Source of the DNA: Octopus vulgaris
Lineage: Eukaryota
Length of the DNA stretch: 64,000 nucleotides
Assembly (NCBI GenBank): GCA_951406725.2
Contig: OX597820.1
Span: 23,064,001-23,128,000, forward strand
Reading direction: 5' to 3'
Below the pieces are notes generated by a model. The model worked only from the letters and a program-made list of their open reading frames with translations. It searched no databases and was not told the origin of the DNA. Numbering within the stretch: the first letter of the stretch is position 1; every line of letters begins with the position of its first letter. The position numbers were made by a program, and so were the translations under genes. Shown piece by piece: positions 27,018-39,264 of the stretch.

Positions 27018-27560
27018 AGCCACACATATATATATATATATATATTCTTTTATTAATTGTGAATATTATTCACGGTTCTTGGGTTCTTCCTGCAGCTTAG
27101 TACTGTCAGTTAATAAAAGATTATACTGCATATGCTTCCTTGTAGTCTAGTTCTCTTTTTTTCCTTTTATTAAATTAAACTCCTCTCGCTCCCTCCTCTC
27201 TCGTTCTTTCTCTCTCATCATCATCATTGTTTAACATCTGTTTCCCATGCTTGCATGGGTCAGGCAGAATTTGTTGAGGCAGATTTTTCTACAGCAGGAT
27301 ACCCCTGCTGTCACCAACCTTAACCTGTTTCCAAGCTTGTATGATGGTGAGACCTGTTTACAATTGTCACATGATTTAAAGAAGGGCACACATACAGCGG
27401 ACCTCTTTCAGTTTCCATCTGCCAAAATTAAGTCAAAAGGTTTTTGGCTCACTCCAGGGCTATTGTAGAAGATACTTTTCCAAGGTGGCATACAATGGGA
27501 CTAAACCCAAAACTACATGATTGGGAAGCAAGCTTCATGACCACCTACCATATATATATT

Positions 27561-27595
<35 letters not shown>

Positions 27596-28174
27596 GGGGG
27601 CGGGTGCAGACATGGCTGTGTGGTAAGAAGTTTGCTTGTCAACCACATGGCTCTGAGTTCAATCCCACTGCATGATATCTTGGGCAAGTGTCTTGTACTT
27701 CAGCCCCAAGCCAACCATAGTCTTGCGAGCAGATTTGGTACATGGAAACTGAAAGAAGCCCATCGTGTGTGTGGGGGGTTTTGTCTCTCTTTGTCTTGAC
27801 ATCACATGACAGACGTAAATGATTGTCATTGTCATACAAGCAGTGTCATTCATTTGTAATATCCTGTGAGAACATATCTAATGATGGCTAAATATTACCT
27901 TTCTTGGAAACGGGTGAGGGTTAGCAACAGGAAAGATATTTAGGCCTTGGAATATATTCCTCAGTTAACTCTGTTCGACCCATTTGAACATAGAAAAATA
28001 GATGCTAAAATGACAACTTTTTTCATCTGAACATTTGGAGTAGCATTGAAGTCTATCATTAACTTCAAATGCTTTAAATGAATAAATAAATTCTATTACT
28101 TGTTTTGAGAACTCTTTATTCTGTTTGTACATCCAATCACACACATCATTTCTTTCTTTCTTTCTTTCTTTCAG

Positions 28175-28246
28175 ATTTTACCCTCCATGATTATTCGGCT
28201 TCTGGAAGATTCAAGAAAGCACATATCAATGCTTTCCATAAAGAAG
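28175..28246 (+). CDS. TMEM183A: TMEM183A-like protein, internal coding exon A ((D)FTLHDYSASGRFKKAHINAFHKE)
   Basis: Pyrimidine tract plus TTTCAG acceptor; AAG|GTAAGA donor; 72 bp, phase 1-1. Peptide resembles the N-terminal VTVADYAN...SGRVKKA motif of vertebrate TMEM183A as I recall it. Confidence 0.85.
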
Positions 28247-28578
28247 GTAAGAAGAAAGAATTTATGAATGTTCCAAGAGGGAGTAAAAACCTTGGAATGT
28301 ATTCATTTGATTTTTCAGTATTTTGGGGCTGTGGATATAGCAAGCATAGGATGATTGGTTTGACAGAATATGACCAGTTCAAGAATTGGTGTTATGCTCC
28401 AATATCTGCTTTGGTTTGTGAAGCTGAACGCCTTTCCTAATTCTGACTGCTATACAGAGAATACTGGATGTTTGTTTGATTTGTTTTTTCTTTGTTCATA
28501 GTATGAGCTTGAGTAAGGTCCCCTTATAATTCACAAGACTAACATACTAAATGAGTTAAAGGTATGGTAGAGAGAAGG

Positions 28579-28983
28579 TAAAGCGACGAGCTGGCAGAAT
28601 CGTTAGCACTCCGGGCAAAATGCTTAGCGGTATTTCATTCTGAGTTCAAATTCCTCTGAGGTCGACTTTGCCTTTCATCCTTTTGGGGTCAATAAATTAA
28701 GGACCAGTTATGCACTGGGGTCGATATAATCAACTTAATCCATCTGTCTGTCCTTGTTTGTCTCCTCTGTGTTTAACCCCTTGTGGGTAGTAAAGAAATA
28801 GGTATTTCGTCTGCTGTTACGTTCTGAGTTCAAATTCTGCCAAGGTTGACTTTGCCTTTCATCCTTTCGGGGTCGATTAAATAAGTACCAGTTACGCAGT
28901 GGGGTCGATATAATCAACTTAATCCGTTTGTCTGTCCTTGTTTGTCCCCTCTGTGTGTAGCCCCTTGTGGGCAGTAAAGAAAT
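28579..28983 (+). mobile_element. SINE family B head-to-tail dimer with a 19-bp TSD
   Basis: Head GAGCTGGCAGAATCGTTAGC...GAGTTCAAATTCC and central GCCTTTCATCCTTTCGGGGTCGATAAATTAAGTACCAG; AGGTATGGTAGAGAGAAGG at 28560-28578 and 28984-29002. Confidence 0.88.
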
Positions 28984-29456
28984 AGGTATGGTAGAGAGAA
29001 GGGTGGCTTTATGTTAGATGGTGTGAAGTTTAAAGTACAATAGGAGGAACTGGAACCAGAGATATTGGCTACTTTACATTGTAAGTAATTACAAAGGTAG
29101 GAGTAATTAAGGTGGAACTGGAGAGAGATAAAACTCGCATCATTGAAATATTGTTACCTATTCCTGTTCACTAGGAGAACATGTAGAATTACATGTGTTG
29201 CTCAGAGCCAGAATAAAACTCTTGCAGAGAATTGGCAATCCAATATATTTAATTTCCTTGACTAGTTCCAGACATAGCTGGTATTTATATATCTAGTTAT
29301 GCAGACTGGGGAATGTCAAATTAAGCAGACCATTCAGTGTTTATTAACAAAACAACAACAAAAAACCCACTTGTTGGAGTGTTTGAACACTCATCAGACT
29401 TGAATTAATCTACCACCAGCCACAAGTTACTGTGCAAGATCTACAATACATTTTAA

Positions 29457-29667
29457 CCTTTTAGCATTTGAACTGGCTATATTAGGCTCAAATATTCTAC
29501 CTGTTTTATGTTCAAACTGGTCGGATCCAGCATCTCACACCTACCTTACAATGTCGTTCTAAAAATAAATAATTACGTAGCCAAAACTTCAAAATAAAGA
29601 ATATTAATTCAAAACAATATAAATAAATAAGCATTACATTTGACAGAGCAATCTAGATGCTAAAGGG
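29457..29667. mobile_element. piggyBac-type MITE, second family
   Basis: TTAA|CCTTTTAGCATT...ATGCTAAAGGG|TTAA; related copies at ~11480-11711 and ~22150-22373. Confidence 0.72.
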
Positions 29668-29844
29668 TTAAATTCACTCTCAGAGCATTAATTATCACAG
29701 GGTTTAGTAGAAGATGCTTTCCCAAGATGCTGTTCAGTGGAACTGAACCCAAGACTACATAGTTGTAAAGTGAACTTCTGAACCATACAGTCATCCTACA
29801 CGCAATATAGAGTCTAGTTCAAGAAATGGAATAAGACACTCGTC

Positions 29845-30122
29845 ATGGCTGATGCCAGTACTGCTTGACTGGCTCCTGTGTTGGGGGCATCTAAAAAGCA
29901 CCATTGGAGTGTGGTCAATACCAGTGCCACCTGACTAGCTCCTGTGCTGGTGTCACATAAAAAGCACCCACTACACTCTTGGAGTGGTTGGCATTAGGAA
30001 GGGCATCCAGTTGTAGAAGCCTTGCCAGATCAGATTGGAGCCTGGTACAGCCATCTGGCTTGCCAGTCCTCAGGCAAACCGTCCAACCGCATGGAAAGCG
30101 GATGTTAAACGATGATGATGAC
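29845..30122 (+). mobile_element. Dispersed copy of the RTE 3' tail (intronic)
   Basis: Same modules and tail. Confidence 0.82.
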
Positions 30123-30172
30123 GTTAGCATGCAGGGTGAAATAGGTATAAGTGATAAGATATGTTAAGTTAA

Positions 30173-30392
30173 CCTTTTCGTTACTGTATTTATTTTGAGA
30201 TGCTCTGTGTTTCTTTCAATTATTTTAAATATAACAAAGAATTTAGTAAAATAACTTAGTTATCATTCAGCTAGTGTTTGGAACATAAATCGTGACTAAG
30301 GTTTCATGGAAGATTTTAATTCAAAACTTATGAAAACAAGACATTTGTACTCAGAATCAGAGCTGGTTTCAGCTGGGTTGGTTACAAAAGGG
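30173..30392. mobile_element. piggyBac-type MITE (same family as 3631-3852, opposite orientation)
   Basis: TTAA|CCTTTTCG...CAAAAGGG|TTAA; the body is the reverse complement of 3631-3852. Confidence 0.8.
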
Positions 30393-30523
30393 TTAATAAT
30401 GGACCTGTTGCTTTTTTTCCTTTTCATTGATGTCTACTATATATATTCAACTTGTCCTAAATTTCCTACTGCAATTCTGTTTTTTTTTTTTGTTTATTTG
30501 TAATTTTACTTTTCTTTCCATAG

Positions 30524-30685
30524 CTAAACAGTTACAAACAATTCCAACTTTAGTTCAAGATGTTGTTGAAAATTGGTTTGAAAAAGATGCAGATGACTTC
30601 GATACAGACACAGTTTCTTCAAAAGGAGAGGATGACGATGAAGAGGAAAAGAAAAAAATAATTAACGATGAAACAAATAAATCAA
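30524..30685 (+). CDS. TMEM183A: TMEM183A-like protein, coding exon B (acidic region AKQLQTIPTLVQDVVENWFEKDADDFD...ETNKS)
   Basis: TTTCCATAG acceptor; CAA|GTAAGA donor; 162 bp, phase 1-1; open and in frame with both flanking exons. Confidence 0.85.
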
Positions 30686-30903
30686 GTAAGAACATCATAT
30701 GAGTTGTAGAAACTTTGAGAGATTAGAAATAAGCTTCTTTTTTTACAGTGGAGCTCAAAGCAGATAAAGCTATAATAAGCATACATAATATTGGTTTAAA
30801 ACGTCATATTTCTGTTGAAATATCCTGCCTTTGTTTCACTTAAAATGAAGAATTTAGTAAAATAACTTAATCATCATAAGCAGTTTAGAACATAAACTAA
30901 CAT

Positions 30904-31062
30904 AGGTGTAGGAGTGGCTGTGTGGTAAGTAGCTTGCTTACAAACCCTTCCAGGTTCAGTCCCAGTGCATGGCACCTTGGGTAAGTGTCTTCTACTATAG
31001 CCTCGGGCCGATCAAAGCCTAGTGAGTGGATTTGGTAGACGGAATGTGAAAGAAGCCCTTCG

Positions 31063-31101
<39 letters not shown>

Positions 31102-31304
31102 GTTTGTGTGTCTGTGTTTGTGCCCCCAACATCGCTTGACAACCGATACTGGCGTGTTTACATCCCCGTAACTTAGCAGTTTGGCAAAAGAGACTGATAG
31201 AATAAGTACTAGGCTTACAAAGAATAAGTCCTGGGGTCGATTTGCTCAACTAAAGACAGTGCTCCAGCATGGCCGCAGTCAAATGACTGAAACGAGTAAA
31301 AGAG
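30904..31304 (+). mobile_element. SINE family A copy nested in a piggyBac-type MITE
   Basis: TAACAT direct repeat at 30898-30903 and 31305-31310; MITE-like sequence on both sides (~30790-31411). Confidence 0.85.
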
Positions 31305-31789
31305 TAACATGAAATTTTGATGGAAGATTTTATTTTAGATTTTAATTTAAAATAAGAAATGTGTGTCATAGAATTAGGAGCAGTCTCAGGCAGGATGGTA
31401 TTGAAAGGGTCTTTAAAAAAATACTTGTATGGGGAAAAAAGTTGAAGGCTGCCTGAGGGGGTATGGTTTGGTGGTGGAGTGGAGGTGGGGGTTAACCCAA
31501 TATTTTTCGTGCTGTTATTTTAGCTTTATCTAGTTTCACCTTTTAAAACGATTTAATATCAAGTAAGAACATTTGAATTAATTACCATAGTTCATATTTA
31601 CAAAATAATACTCACCCTGCTAATTTATAAAACAGACATTGATAAATAATCTTAGCTGAGGCCTCTTAGAAACTTTTTAATTCTTTGATGATTGACTGAC
31701 CACATAGTGAGGGTGATGACAGTGAGCCTCTATAGATGTACTTAAAACCTTGCCCACTACTCATGGCCCCTTGATGCTTTAGATTAGAT

Positions 31790-32220
31790 TGTAGTGACGC
31801 CATCTTGGAAATCTCCAGCATGCATGCGCAGGGTTGGAGTCTTCCAGAAGGCCTGCCAGAAGATCCCTCATGCGCATGCACTGAAAACTAGCAGCAGCGA
31901 AATTCTCTTGTATCTTTCCCTTTGACACGAGCAGTTGAACGATACAGACATGTCTCCAGCAGCTTTCTCAAGCTGCTACCTTGTGGCGCATCCCCGCTAT
32001 GCTTGAATGGGCAGGATTGACTCACTCCACTAGACTACTTCCGATAAGCTCCTAGGTTGCCGATTCACCCAGAGGAAGGAAATGTTTATATTGCGAATCA
32101 AAGAATAAATATTTATACTGTTGAAGTTAACGGAAAATCTTGACTCTTTCTTCAATTAATATTTAATGTTAAGGATGCGAGCAGCACCCATCCAGTGCGG
32201 GAATCTCTCATCCTGTTACA
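31790..32220 (+). mobile_element. Solo LTR (431 bp), probably Ty3/gypsy-type
   Basis: TGTA...TACA termini; 4-bp TSD AGAT at 31786-31789 and 32221-32224; locally GC/CpG-richer; internal AATAAA near 32104. Confidence 0.8.
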
Positions 32221-32687
32221 AGATAATTAACTAATTTAGCTGTTTGATAAATTACAGTTTTTAGTTGAATCCTACCAAAATTGGCTTCATTGTGGTTTCC
32301 TTTGATGTTGACAAAATTTAGTACCAGTATCATACTGGAATATCTGGGTTATGAACACAGTCTGGGAATTGAAACAGTAAGCATATGATCATGAATGCAA
32401 CACCCTAATGACAAGGTCATGTGACCTTCACCATAGTACCTATTACTGTTCACAAAGTGAGCAACAGCTGCTGAGTTGGGAGGGTGCCACACTAGTGGCC
32501 CAGTGGTCCACCAACAAAAAATGTGTACCTGGTTGTTATAATAATAATATAGTGCAGTTTACTATGAACACCAGCAGCACTTTATTAGTGTTGAGTATCT
32601 TGTTACAATACTGATTCTCTTGTGACAGATTCTCTTCAATGAAAGATGGACTTTATTTGAATGACATCTTTTTAGACAGACTTTATA

Positions 32688-32900
32688 TTGGGTTGGTGCA
32701 TAATTATTGCGGCTTTTTTTCAACAAAAACATCTTTAAATTATGGTCTGACCATCTGCCAAGCAAATGGGAAGCAGTAATTGAAGTAGATGGTGAATATG
32801 CTCCGGAATAATCATTTAAAGATGTTTTTGTTACATGTTGTTACTGTTTTCGTTGAATAAAATTTGTTGAAAAACAGCCGCAATAATTATGCACCCAACC
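32688..32900 (+). mobile_element. Internally deleted mariner element (MITE)
   Basis: TA plus TTGGGTTGGTGCATAATTATTGCGGC, and inverted GCCGCAATAATTATGCACCCAACC; retains a transposase C-terminus HLPSKWEAVIEVDGEYAPE*. Confidence 0.85.
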
Positions 32901-33261
32901 ACATGGTTTCTGGTTCAGTCTCACTGCATGACACTTTGGGAAGTGCCTTTTACTATAGCCCCAGACCAACCAAAAACTTGTGAGTGGATTTAGTAGACAG
33001 AAACTGAAAGAAACCTATCACATACATGAGTGTGTGTATGTATGTGTGTTACTATCTCCTTGACATAATAGTTGTAAACAAGCATCACTGTCATACAAGT
33101 GGAGCCTTTGGTTTCCAATCTTCAGTGAAAACATGTCTGGGATGGGGAAATATTACCTTTCTTGGTGACAGATAAGGGTTACCGACAGAAAGGGCATCCA
33201 GCATTAGATAATCCACTTCATTAAATTCCATCTAACACATGTGAATAAAGAAAAGTGGACA

Positions 33262-33607
33262 TGTGCCTGTGGCAGGTGAAACAACATTTGAGCGAGGTCG
33301 TTGCCAGTACCGCTGGACTGGCTCCTGTGCAGGTGGCACATAAAAAACACCATTTGAGCATGGCCGTTGCCAGTATCATCTGACTGGCCTCGTGCTGGTG
33401 GCATGTAAAAGCACCCACTACACTCGGAGTGGTTGGCGTTAGGAAGGGCATCCAGCTGTAGAAACTCTGCCAGATCAAGATTGGAGCCTGGTGCAGCCAT
33501 CTGGTTTGCCAGTCCTCAGTCAAATCGTCCAACCCATGCTAGCATGGAAAGCGGATGTTAAACGATGATGATGATGATGATGGACGTTAAAATAATGATG
33601 ATGATGA
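33262..33607 (+). mobile_element. Dispersed copy of the RTE 3' tail, ~100 bp upstream of exon C
   Basis: Same modules and tail with (GAT)n. Confidence 0.86.
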
Positions 33608-33710
33608 TAATTATGTATATAAACAAAAGTCTTCAAATAGTGCTCCACTGATCCAGTGGAGTATAGATTTACTTAATTTACAAAAAAAATTACTCTGTTC
33701 TTTATTTCAG

Positions 33711-33909
33711 GTAAATCTGAAAATATCAGGAGAAAAACAAAATTGAAAAACGTTGTACCTGATGATTCTGGATTTATTTATCCTGCTGATGTTTGGCATA
33801 TTCTATCATTGTATATCCATCCTGAAGATGTTTGGCGATTTGCTTCCATCTGCAAATATGCAAATACTGCCATCCATACTGTAAGCTTTTGGCGTCATCT
33901 CTATCATAG
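33711..33909 (+). CDS. TMEM183A: TMEM183A-like protein, coding exon C (F-box-like YPADVWHILSLYIHPEDVWRFASICK...FWRHLYHR)
   Basis: TTTATTTCAG acceptor; AG|GTTTGT donor; 199 bp, phase 1-2. Strong match to recalled TMEM183A [26 protein letters not shown]...FWTRLYRR. Missing from the ORF track. Confidence 0.92.
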
Positions 33910-34634
33910 GTTTGTATTCTAACATTTTCCCTGTATCATTAATCTATCTTCAGCTACTGTAGTCTGAAATACGTTTATTTTCTAAATACCATATCAGCTA
34001 TTTTATCGGATATCACATAAAAAGCACCCTTTGCCAGCGCCATGTAGAGGGTACTTGTGCCGGTGCCATACCAAAAGCACCCATGCTGGCACCACATAAA
34101 GCACACCCTACTACACTCTATTAAGTGGTTGACATAGGGAATCCAACCTTTGATACCATCCCAAAACAGAGGACTAGGGCCTAGTATAGCTCACCACCTT
34201 GTCAGTTGTTGTCAAATAATCCAACCCATGAACATTAAATAATGATGTATTTTGTGAACAATAGTATTATTGGTTTCCAATTTCCAATGAAGCAGTCAAT
34301 GACTTGCTACAATTACAAGGGGCTGGCTTACTAGCTTCTTTCAGTTTTCATCTACCAAATCCACTCACAAAGATTTGGTTGGCATAAGAGACATGTGCCC
34401 AAGATGCTGTGCAATATGACTGAGCCTAGACCACCTGGTTAGGAAGCAAACTTCTTAATTACACAGCTATGCCTGCACAAATTTACATGGGCACACTCTG
34501 TGAGCTTCTGCGCAATTTCTGCTTACCATATTCCTTTCATACAATGCAAAAGAAAACACTTACCAAAGGTGTTGCATGATGGAGATCAGAACCAGAACTC
34601 CACAGTTGCAAAACCAAATTTTTTAGGTGAAGAC

Positions 34635-34925
34635 ATCATCATCATCATCATCATTTAACGTCCATTGGCCATGCTGGCATGGGTTAGATGGTTTGACTGG
34701 GCTAGTACACTGGGAGGCTGTGCCTGGCTCCAGTCTGATTTGCCGTGGTTTTCTACAGCTGAATGCTCTTCCTAACGCCAACCACTCTGAGTGTGTAATA
34801 GGTGTTTTCATGTGCCACTGGCACAGGTGCCATTTGCGTGACACCGGTATCTGCCACAACTGCAATTTTGCTCGGCTTGATGGGTCTTCTTCTCAAGCAC
34901 AACATAATACCAAAGGTCTTCTGGT
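34635..34925 (-). mobile_element. Dispersed copy of the RTE 3' tail, inverted, downstream of exon C
   Basis: (CAT)n TTTAACGTCC...CATGCTGGCATGGGTT...CTTCCTAACGCCAACCACTC; same subfamily as 14938-15215. Confidence 0.82.
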
Positions 34926-37030
34926 TTAGCATATAGCTAAGAAATTTGCTTTCGAGCCTCAATGCTTAAGGGTGAACCTGTGACTATTGTAGAAGTCCCC
35001 AGTCAATGCACAGATACTATAGGTTGCTGTCTTTTACCTACAATTGTTGCAAGATGATCAATGTCTTGTAAGTGAAAGATGATAGATGGAAAGTGAAAGG
35101 AGCCCTCTTCTTGAATGAGTACATTAATTGTAAACAAATGTCACTACCATGCACTTTCCATGCTGGTGTCGATTGCAGGGGTCATGAACATAATGATTTT
35201 TCAATTTTTGGTTGATGAATGCTATAGACTGTGAACAATCATACATGAACATGCACACATAAACACACACATACACACACATGCTTTAGTGTATCAAGTC
35301 TTCAAATCAAAATCAGCTTCAGGTTCTAATCGTTCCAACAATTTGTTTAACAACCTTAGGAAAAACAGAAACATAACATTGTTACTGAGGACTAATCAGA
35401 CATTGAGTGCCAGTGTTGTTTATGAATAATAATCAAGCATTGAATTTTGAATAATGATTAAACATTAGATGAAAGTAAAATAATTCGCCAATTTCATCTT
35501 GAAGATTACACTATAGGAGTCTTGTGATTGTGAAGTTAAGATGCTTGTCTGCTGGACCACAGGAGTGAAGTCAGATCTTGCTGCAGCAGATAATTCTGTT
35601 GTGAACAAAGGCAAGGTACATTACTCTGTTTGCCTTAGACTGCTTTGTTGAAAAAAAAAATTACAGCCTCTATCACAGTTGATTGGGTGGCTGTATGAAG
35701 AGCATTCAGCTTTAAATAAAGCTTACTTCATCTGTTGATATTCACATCTTTATAATGCAGAAATATGAAATAAAAAGGTTTTTTATTTTCTTTTTGAAGT
35801 TCTATCGTCATCCTTTAACTTCTTTTTATGTTGGTATGAATTGGACAGTTTGACAAGAACAGACAAGCGAGAGAGCTCTGCCAGGTTCCATGTCTGCTTC
35901 GGTATGGTTTCTGCAGCTAGATGCCCTTCCTAACACTATCCAAAGTAATTACATTATGAAAGAGTCATTTAATAACACCCATAAGCCGTTAATTTCACCT
36001 TGAATTTTTTTCATGGTGTCTTGAAATTTTTGTTGTTCAGGCACAACCTGGTTATTGACACAGCTTCAGTGAAACTGTCAGTGACCAGGTCACAATTGTA
36101 CAAAGAATATTTTGACATCTTATGAAAATTTAAGGTGAAATTGTAGGTAGCATAGCTACATGGTTTAGAAGCTTCCTTCCCTAACCATGTGGTCTTGGGT
36201 TCAGTCTCAATACATGGCACCTTGGGCAAGTATATTCTACTACAGCCTTGTGAGTGGATCTGTTAGGTAGAAACTAAGAGCCTGTCGCCTATGCATATAT
36301 ACATACATATATGTACATACCTACATCTATATGTATATATACATGTATATATGGGTACAGGACATCAAAAAACGTTGATCACAATGAGAAATGAAAACAC
36401 AAAAACAAAAACATGGAAACGAACTTTTTTTCAAACAACGAAAAAATAGAGTACAAGACATATATTTGTGCATGTGTGCATACCTTTGCCTAGACATCAC
36501 ATAATGGTTAGCATCACCATCACACAAGCGATGCTGTTCATTTTCAGTCTTTCATGGAAAACGTGTAGCTATGGAAAAATATTATCTTACTCAGAAATAA
36601 GTGTGAGTTGGTGACAGGAAGGACAACCAGCCTTAGAAAATCCGCCTCAACAAAATTTATCTGCCTCTTGCAAGCATGGAAATGTTGATGTAAATGATAA
36701 TGATAACGATGATGAAATTAAGTTTTGTATGTAATTAACCGAATAGAATTACTATTCTATGATGTAACATTCTGCAGTTGAAGTTGCCATGGTTTCGTAC
36801 AGCATCACCATTGAGGAAGAATTGAACTGACGTAGAATAAAGAGGATGTGTATGAAATTACCATAAGTTATAAGATTTTTGTCTTGTCAGCCAACGAGAT
36901 AGAGCATCTACACAGTTATTTGACCTTTTAGGTCCTGAGTACACTGTGTCTGTGGAATAAACAGGATGGTCATGGCTAAGCAACAAAAAGCTACTTTAAC
37001 ATAATGGTTCCATTATTTAATTCTAACTAA

Positions 37031-37615
37031 AGTGGGTGAGCTGGTAGAATCGTTAGCACACCGGGCGAAATGCTTAGCGGTATTTTGTGTACTGCTATGT
37101 TCTGAGTTCAAATTCTGCCGAGGTCGACTTTGCGTTTCATCCTTTCGGGGTCGATTAAATAACCACCAGTTATGCACTGGGGTCGATATAATCGATTTAA
37201 TCCGTTTGTCGGTCCTTGTTTGTCCTCTCTGTGTTTAGCCCCTTGTGGGTAGTAAAGAAATAGGTATTTCGTCTGTCTTTACGTTCTGAGTTCAAATTCC
37301 GCCGAGGTCGACTTTGCCTTTCATCCTTTCGGGGTTGCTTAAATAAGTACCAGTTACGCACTGGGGTCAATACAATCAACTTAATCCATTTGTCTGTCCT
37401 TGTTTGTCCTCTCTGTGTTTAGCCCCTTGTGGGTAGTAAAGAAATAGGTATTTCATCCATCCTTACATTCTATGTTCAAATTCCGCCAAGGTCAACTTTG
37501 CTTTTCATCCTTCCAAGGTCGATGAAATAAGTACCAGTGGAACACTGGGGCCAGTGTAATTGATTAGCCCCCTCCCTCAAATTTCAAGCTTTATGCCTAC
37601 AATAGAAAAGATTGT
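37031..37615 (+). mobile_element. SINE family B trimer
   Basis: One head, two ~183-bp units and a final unit with the alternative CCCCTCCC...AGAAAAGATT tail. Confidence 0.88.
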
Positions 37616-38281
37616 TTGATTCTAACTGGTACCCCATCAGTTATGATGACAAGGGTTCCGGTTGATCTGATTAATGGAACAGCCTGCTTGTGAAATTAAC
37701 ATACAAGTGGCTGAGCATTCCACAGACACACATATTCTTATTTGATTAGTGGAGGGCTGTTTATCTCCTTGCTGATCATTCTCACCCTCTCTTCTAAATG
37801 TGAGTATTCATGCTCTGCCCACTCTGCTTTCTTTCATACCTTAACCCCTCATCTCTAAGCATAAAACCAGCTCCACTTCTTTGGGTTATGTAGTCTTGCA
37901 AACTGCAAGGTGACCATTCATTAGTGCTGGTAACACAAAAAAAGCAACCAGTCCATATTGTTTAGTGGTTGTCATTAGGAAGGGCATCCAGCCATAGAAA
38001 CCATGCAAAAGCAAATTATAGAACCTGATGCTATCCTTTGGTGCATCAGATCCTGTCAAGTCATTCAACCCAAACCACATGGAACATGGACATTAAATGT
38101 GGATGAGGATGAAGTACATTACTAAGACTTATTTTATTTAAAGTTAAAAGATGGTGGGCACTGTTGATCTTAACAGGATATTAAATCAAAGCAGAAATAG
38201 CAACACAGTTCAGCTATTCGGTTATCACCATCTCTATTTAGTATAAAACATTAAAAAAACTGAAAAGATTGCAGTGTATAT

Positions 38282-38680
38282 TCTTTTCTACTCTAGGCTC
38301 AAGGCCCGAAATTTGGGAGGGAGGGGACCAGTTAATTAGATCCACCCCAGTATGCAACTGGTACTTAATTTATCGACCCCGAAAGGATGAAAGACAAAAT
38401 CGACCTCGGCAGAATTTGAACTCAGAACGTAAAGACAGACTAGATACCTATTTCTTTACTACCCACAAGGGGCTAAACACAGAGAGGACAAACAACGACA
38501 GACAAATGGATTAAGTCGATTATATCGACCCCAGTGCGTAACTTGTACTTATTTAATTGACCCCGAAAGGATGAAAGGCAAAGTCGATCTTGGCGGAATT
38601 TGAACTCAGAATGTAGCGGCAGATGAAATACCGCTAAGCATTTCACCCAGTGTGCTAACGCTTCTGACAGCTCACCGCCT
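38282..38680 (-). mobile_element. SINE family B dimer, inverted
   Basis: Reverse complement of family B, flanked by TGCAGTGTATATT / TGCATTGTATATT. Further copies at 9958-10178(-), 3290-3460(+), 50451-50920(+), 56200-56412(+), 56675-56875(-). Confidence 0.86.
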
Positions 38681-39264
38681 TGAATGCATTGTATATTATT
38701 TTAGTGTTATAGAAGATCAAGTTATTAAGATGTACTTTTCACACAAGTTTATAAATGTACAGGTATTGCTTAATGTCAGTTGTGTCTTTCAGTCACATTC
38801 TTATTTTTCTGTTTTTCCTTCATTTTTTAATCCATCTTGTAGAACATTAACAACAACAGATTTATGCCCAGAGAAACCTGATATATGATCATTGTGTAAT
38901 TCGCAATTAAAATTTATTGAAATTAAAAATTTTCCTTTTAACTTAGGAATTGTTTGATGCCAAATAGAGAAATACAAAGGTGATATGAACTGCTGCTTAA
39001 ACAGATGCACCATATTTCATGACATATTAATTAGATGTACTTTTTTTTCCAAAATTATGTCTCAAAATATGACCTTGAATCTATATACATGTGAAGTTGG
39101 GCATCCCATTAACATTAATGCACAAAAAAAAATTTTCTTTAATATGGGCTGCTGAAATTAGGGTGCCTCAAATATGCCTGTGTCTCTTTTGCGCCTTCAA
39201 ATTCTCATATTTCACACATTAACTGCTTCATGTGCTTTGCCAATAACTTGAAATAACCTAAACC

